The position numbers and the translations under genes are program-made. From positions 276,644-340,643 of the forward strand of contig CAWAOD010000003.1 of assembly GCA_963783575.1 (NCBI GenBank): a stretch of 64,000 bases of DNA, in the 5' to 3' direction. The notes below the pieces were generated by a model, which was given only the letters and a program-made list of their open reading frames with translations, was not told where the DNA came from and did no database searches. The stretch comes from an uncultured Spirochaetota bacterium (GTDB lineage Bacteria > Spirochaetota > Brevinematia > Brevinematales > JAOACQ01). The stretch's first letter is position 1. The number at the start of each line of letters is the position of its first letter. Below are positions 63,110 to 64,000 of the stretch, one piece after another.

Positions 63110-64000
63110 ATGAAAATATTTTCTTTTATTTCAATATTGTTTATTATTACAATGGCATCCTGTTCCAACCAACCGGCGGCGGCGGCAGCAGTTCCAGCGC
63201 TAATAATAATTATACGGCATCCGAAAGCTGGTCGGTGACCATTTTATCTTATGGCGGCTATTCTACGAACGGATATGGTTATTTTACGCTTAATAAAATG
63301 AATGACGGAACCATTGCAGCAAGCGGATGCTGGACGAATAACAGCCCGTTTGCGATTTGCCCTTTTACCGGCGGAAACGCGGTTGTAAACGATAAATCCG
63401 TTTTCTTCGGCGGGTCGGGCACGGCCAGGAACAACTCCGGCAGCTCTTCATTTACCATTTCTGCCACGAATATTACGGCTACAAACGGCTATGCTTACGG
63501 TGAATACCAGCTTAACTTTTCAAATTCCGAATGGGGTTCTTATTCCGGAAATTTCTCTGCGATCCGGACAAGCGGTAGTGGAGTTACAGCCTATGTTATG
63601 CCTTTTACAGGCAGTATTGTATATGTTTCAGCTTCCGGGAACAACACTAACTCCGGTACTATAAACTACCCTGTGAAAAGCATTTCTTTGGCTATCGGAA
63701 TAGCGACTAATAACCATGTTCATTCAATCTATATTCAGAAGGGTGTTTATACCCCTGGAAACGGCCTTAACAGTTCCAGTGAAGGAATATCCCTCTATCC
63801 ATCATGCGGCAATCTTATAATCTCCGGCGGATGGGACGCCGCGTTCTCTGCCAGAAGCGCGGGTAATTACAGCGAACTTGACGGAAGCAACACCCTGACG
63901 CATGTTATTTACGCCGGCGGAGCTAATTCTTTCAAGCTGGATGGTCTGGTTATAAGAAATGGAATCGCGACAAACTATTATTATCCCGGAGATGATATAG
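63110..64000 (+). CDS. Lipoprotein with a DUF1565/beta-helix-like domain; frameshift near 63167; runs off the window
   Basis: GGAGG RBS, MKIFSF...MASC lipobox; alternate frame is open to the end with VYVSASGNNTNSG....PVKSI..AI and ISGGWD. Confidence 0.7.

Noticed and set aside
1..64000. CRISPR array, rRNA, prophage or intact transposase/integrase
   Set aside because: No regularly spaced repeats or recognisable cas, phage structural, DDE or tyrosine/serine recombinase ORFs were seen.

Overview
This is an AT-rich bacterial chromosomal window, probably from a spirochete. That assignment is an inference from gene order (membrane protein-rplI-dnaB), the many lipoproteins and the spirochete-type hypothetical proteins. 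Core genes present are rplI, dnaB, mlaEFD, hisG, ispD, secG, apt, tRNA-Gln and tRNA-Glu, mutL, lgt, ybeY, an MrfAB-like helicase/exonuclease pair, folK, glgA, recF, prfA and prmC. There are two accessory regions. (1) About 11.6-18.7 kb, after tRNA-Glu, carries a repeat lipoprotein, a type IIG restriction-modification (RM) enzyme, a NYN nuclease preceded by a small tandem-hairpin/terminator element, and a glycoside hydrolase. (2) About 50.2-58.4 kb is a low-GC island bracketed by two inverted ~500 bp structured elements. It carries an internally deleted type IIG RM gene and a TcmP + radical SAM pair lying between two copies of the RM 3' tail (YGLTEEEIK). It also carries GIY-YIG debris and a tight three-gene operon: HIT-like hydrolase, ARMT1/DUF89-like phosphatase and a 2-TM protein with a soluble domain. 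That operon is my best candidate for an undescribed nucleotide-based defence system. About ten non-core genes carry frameshifts, most likely long-read assembly indels. All family calls come from motif recognition by eye; no database searches were run.
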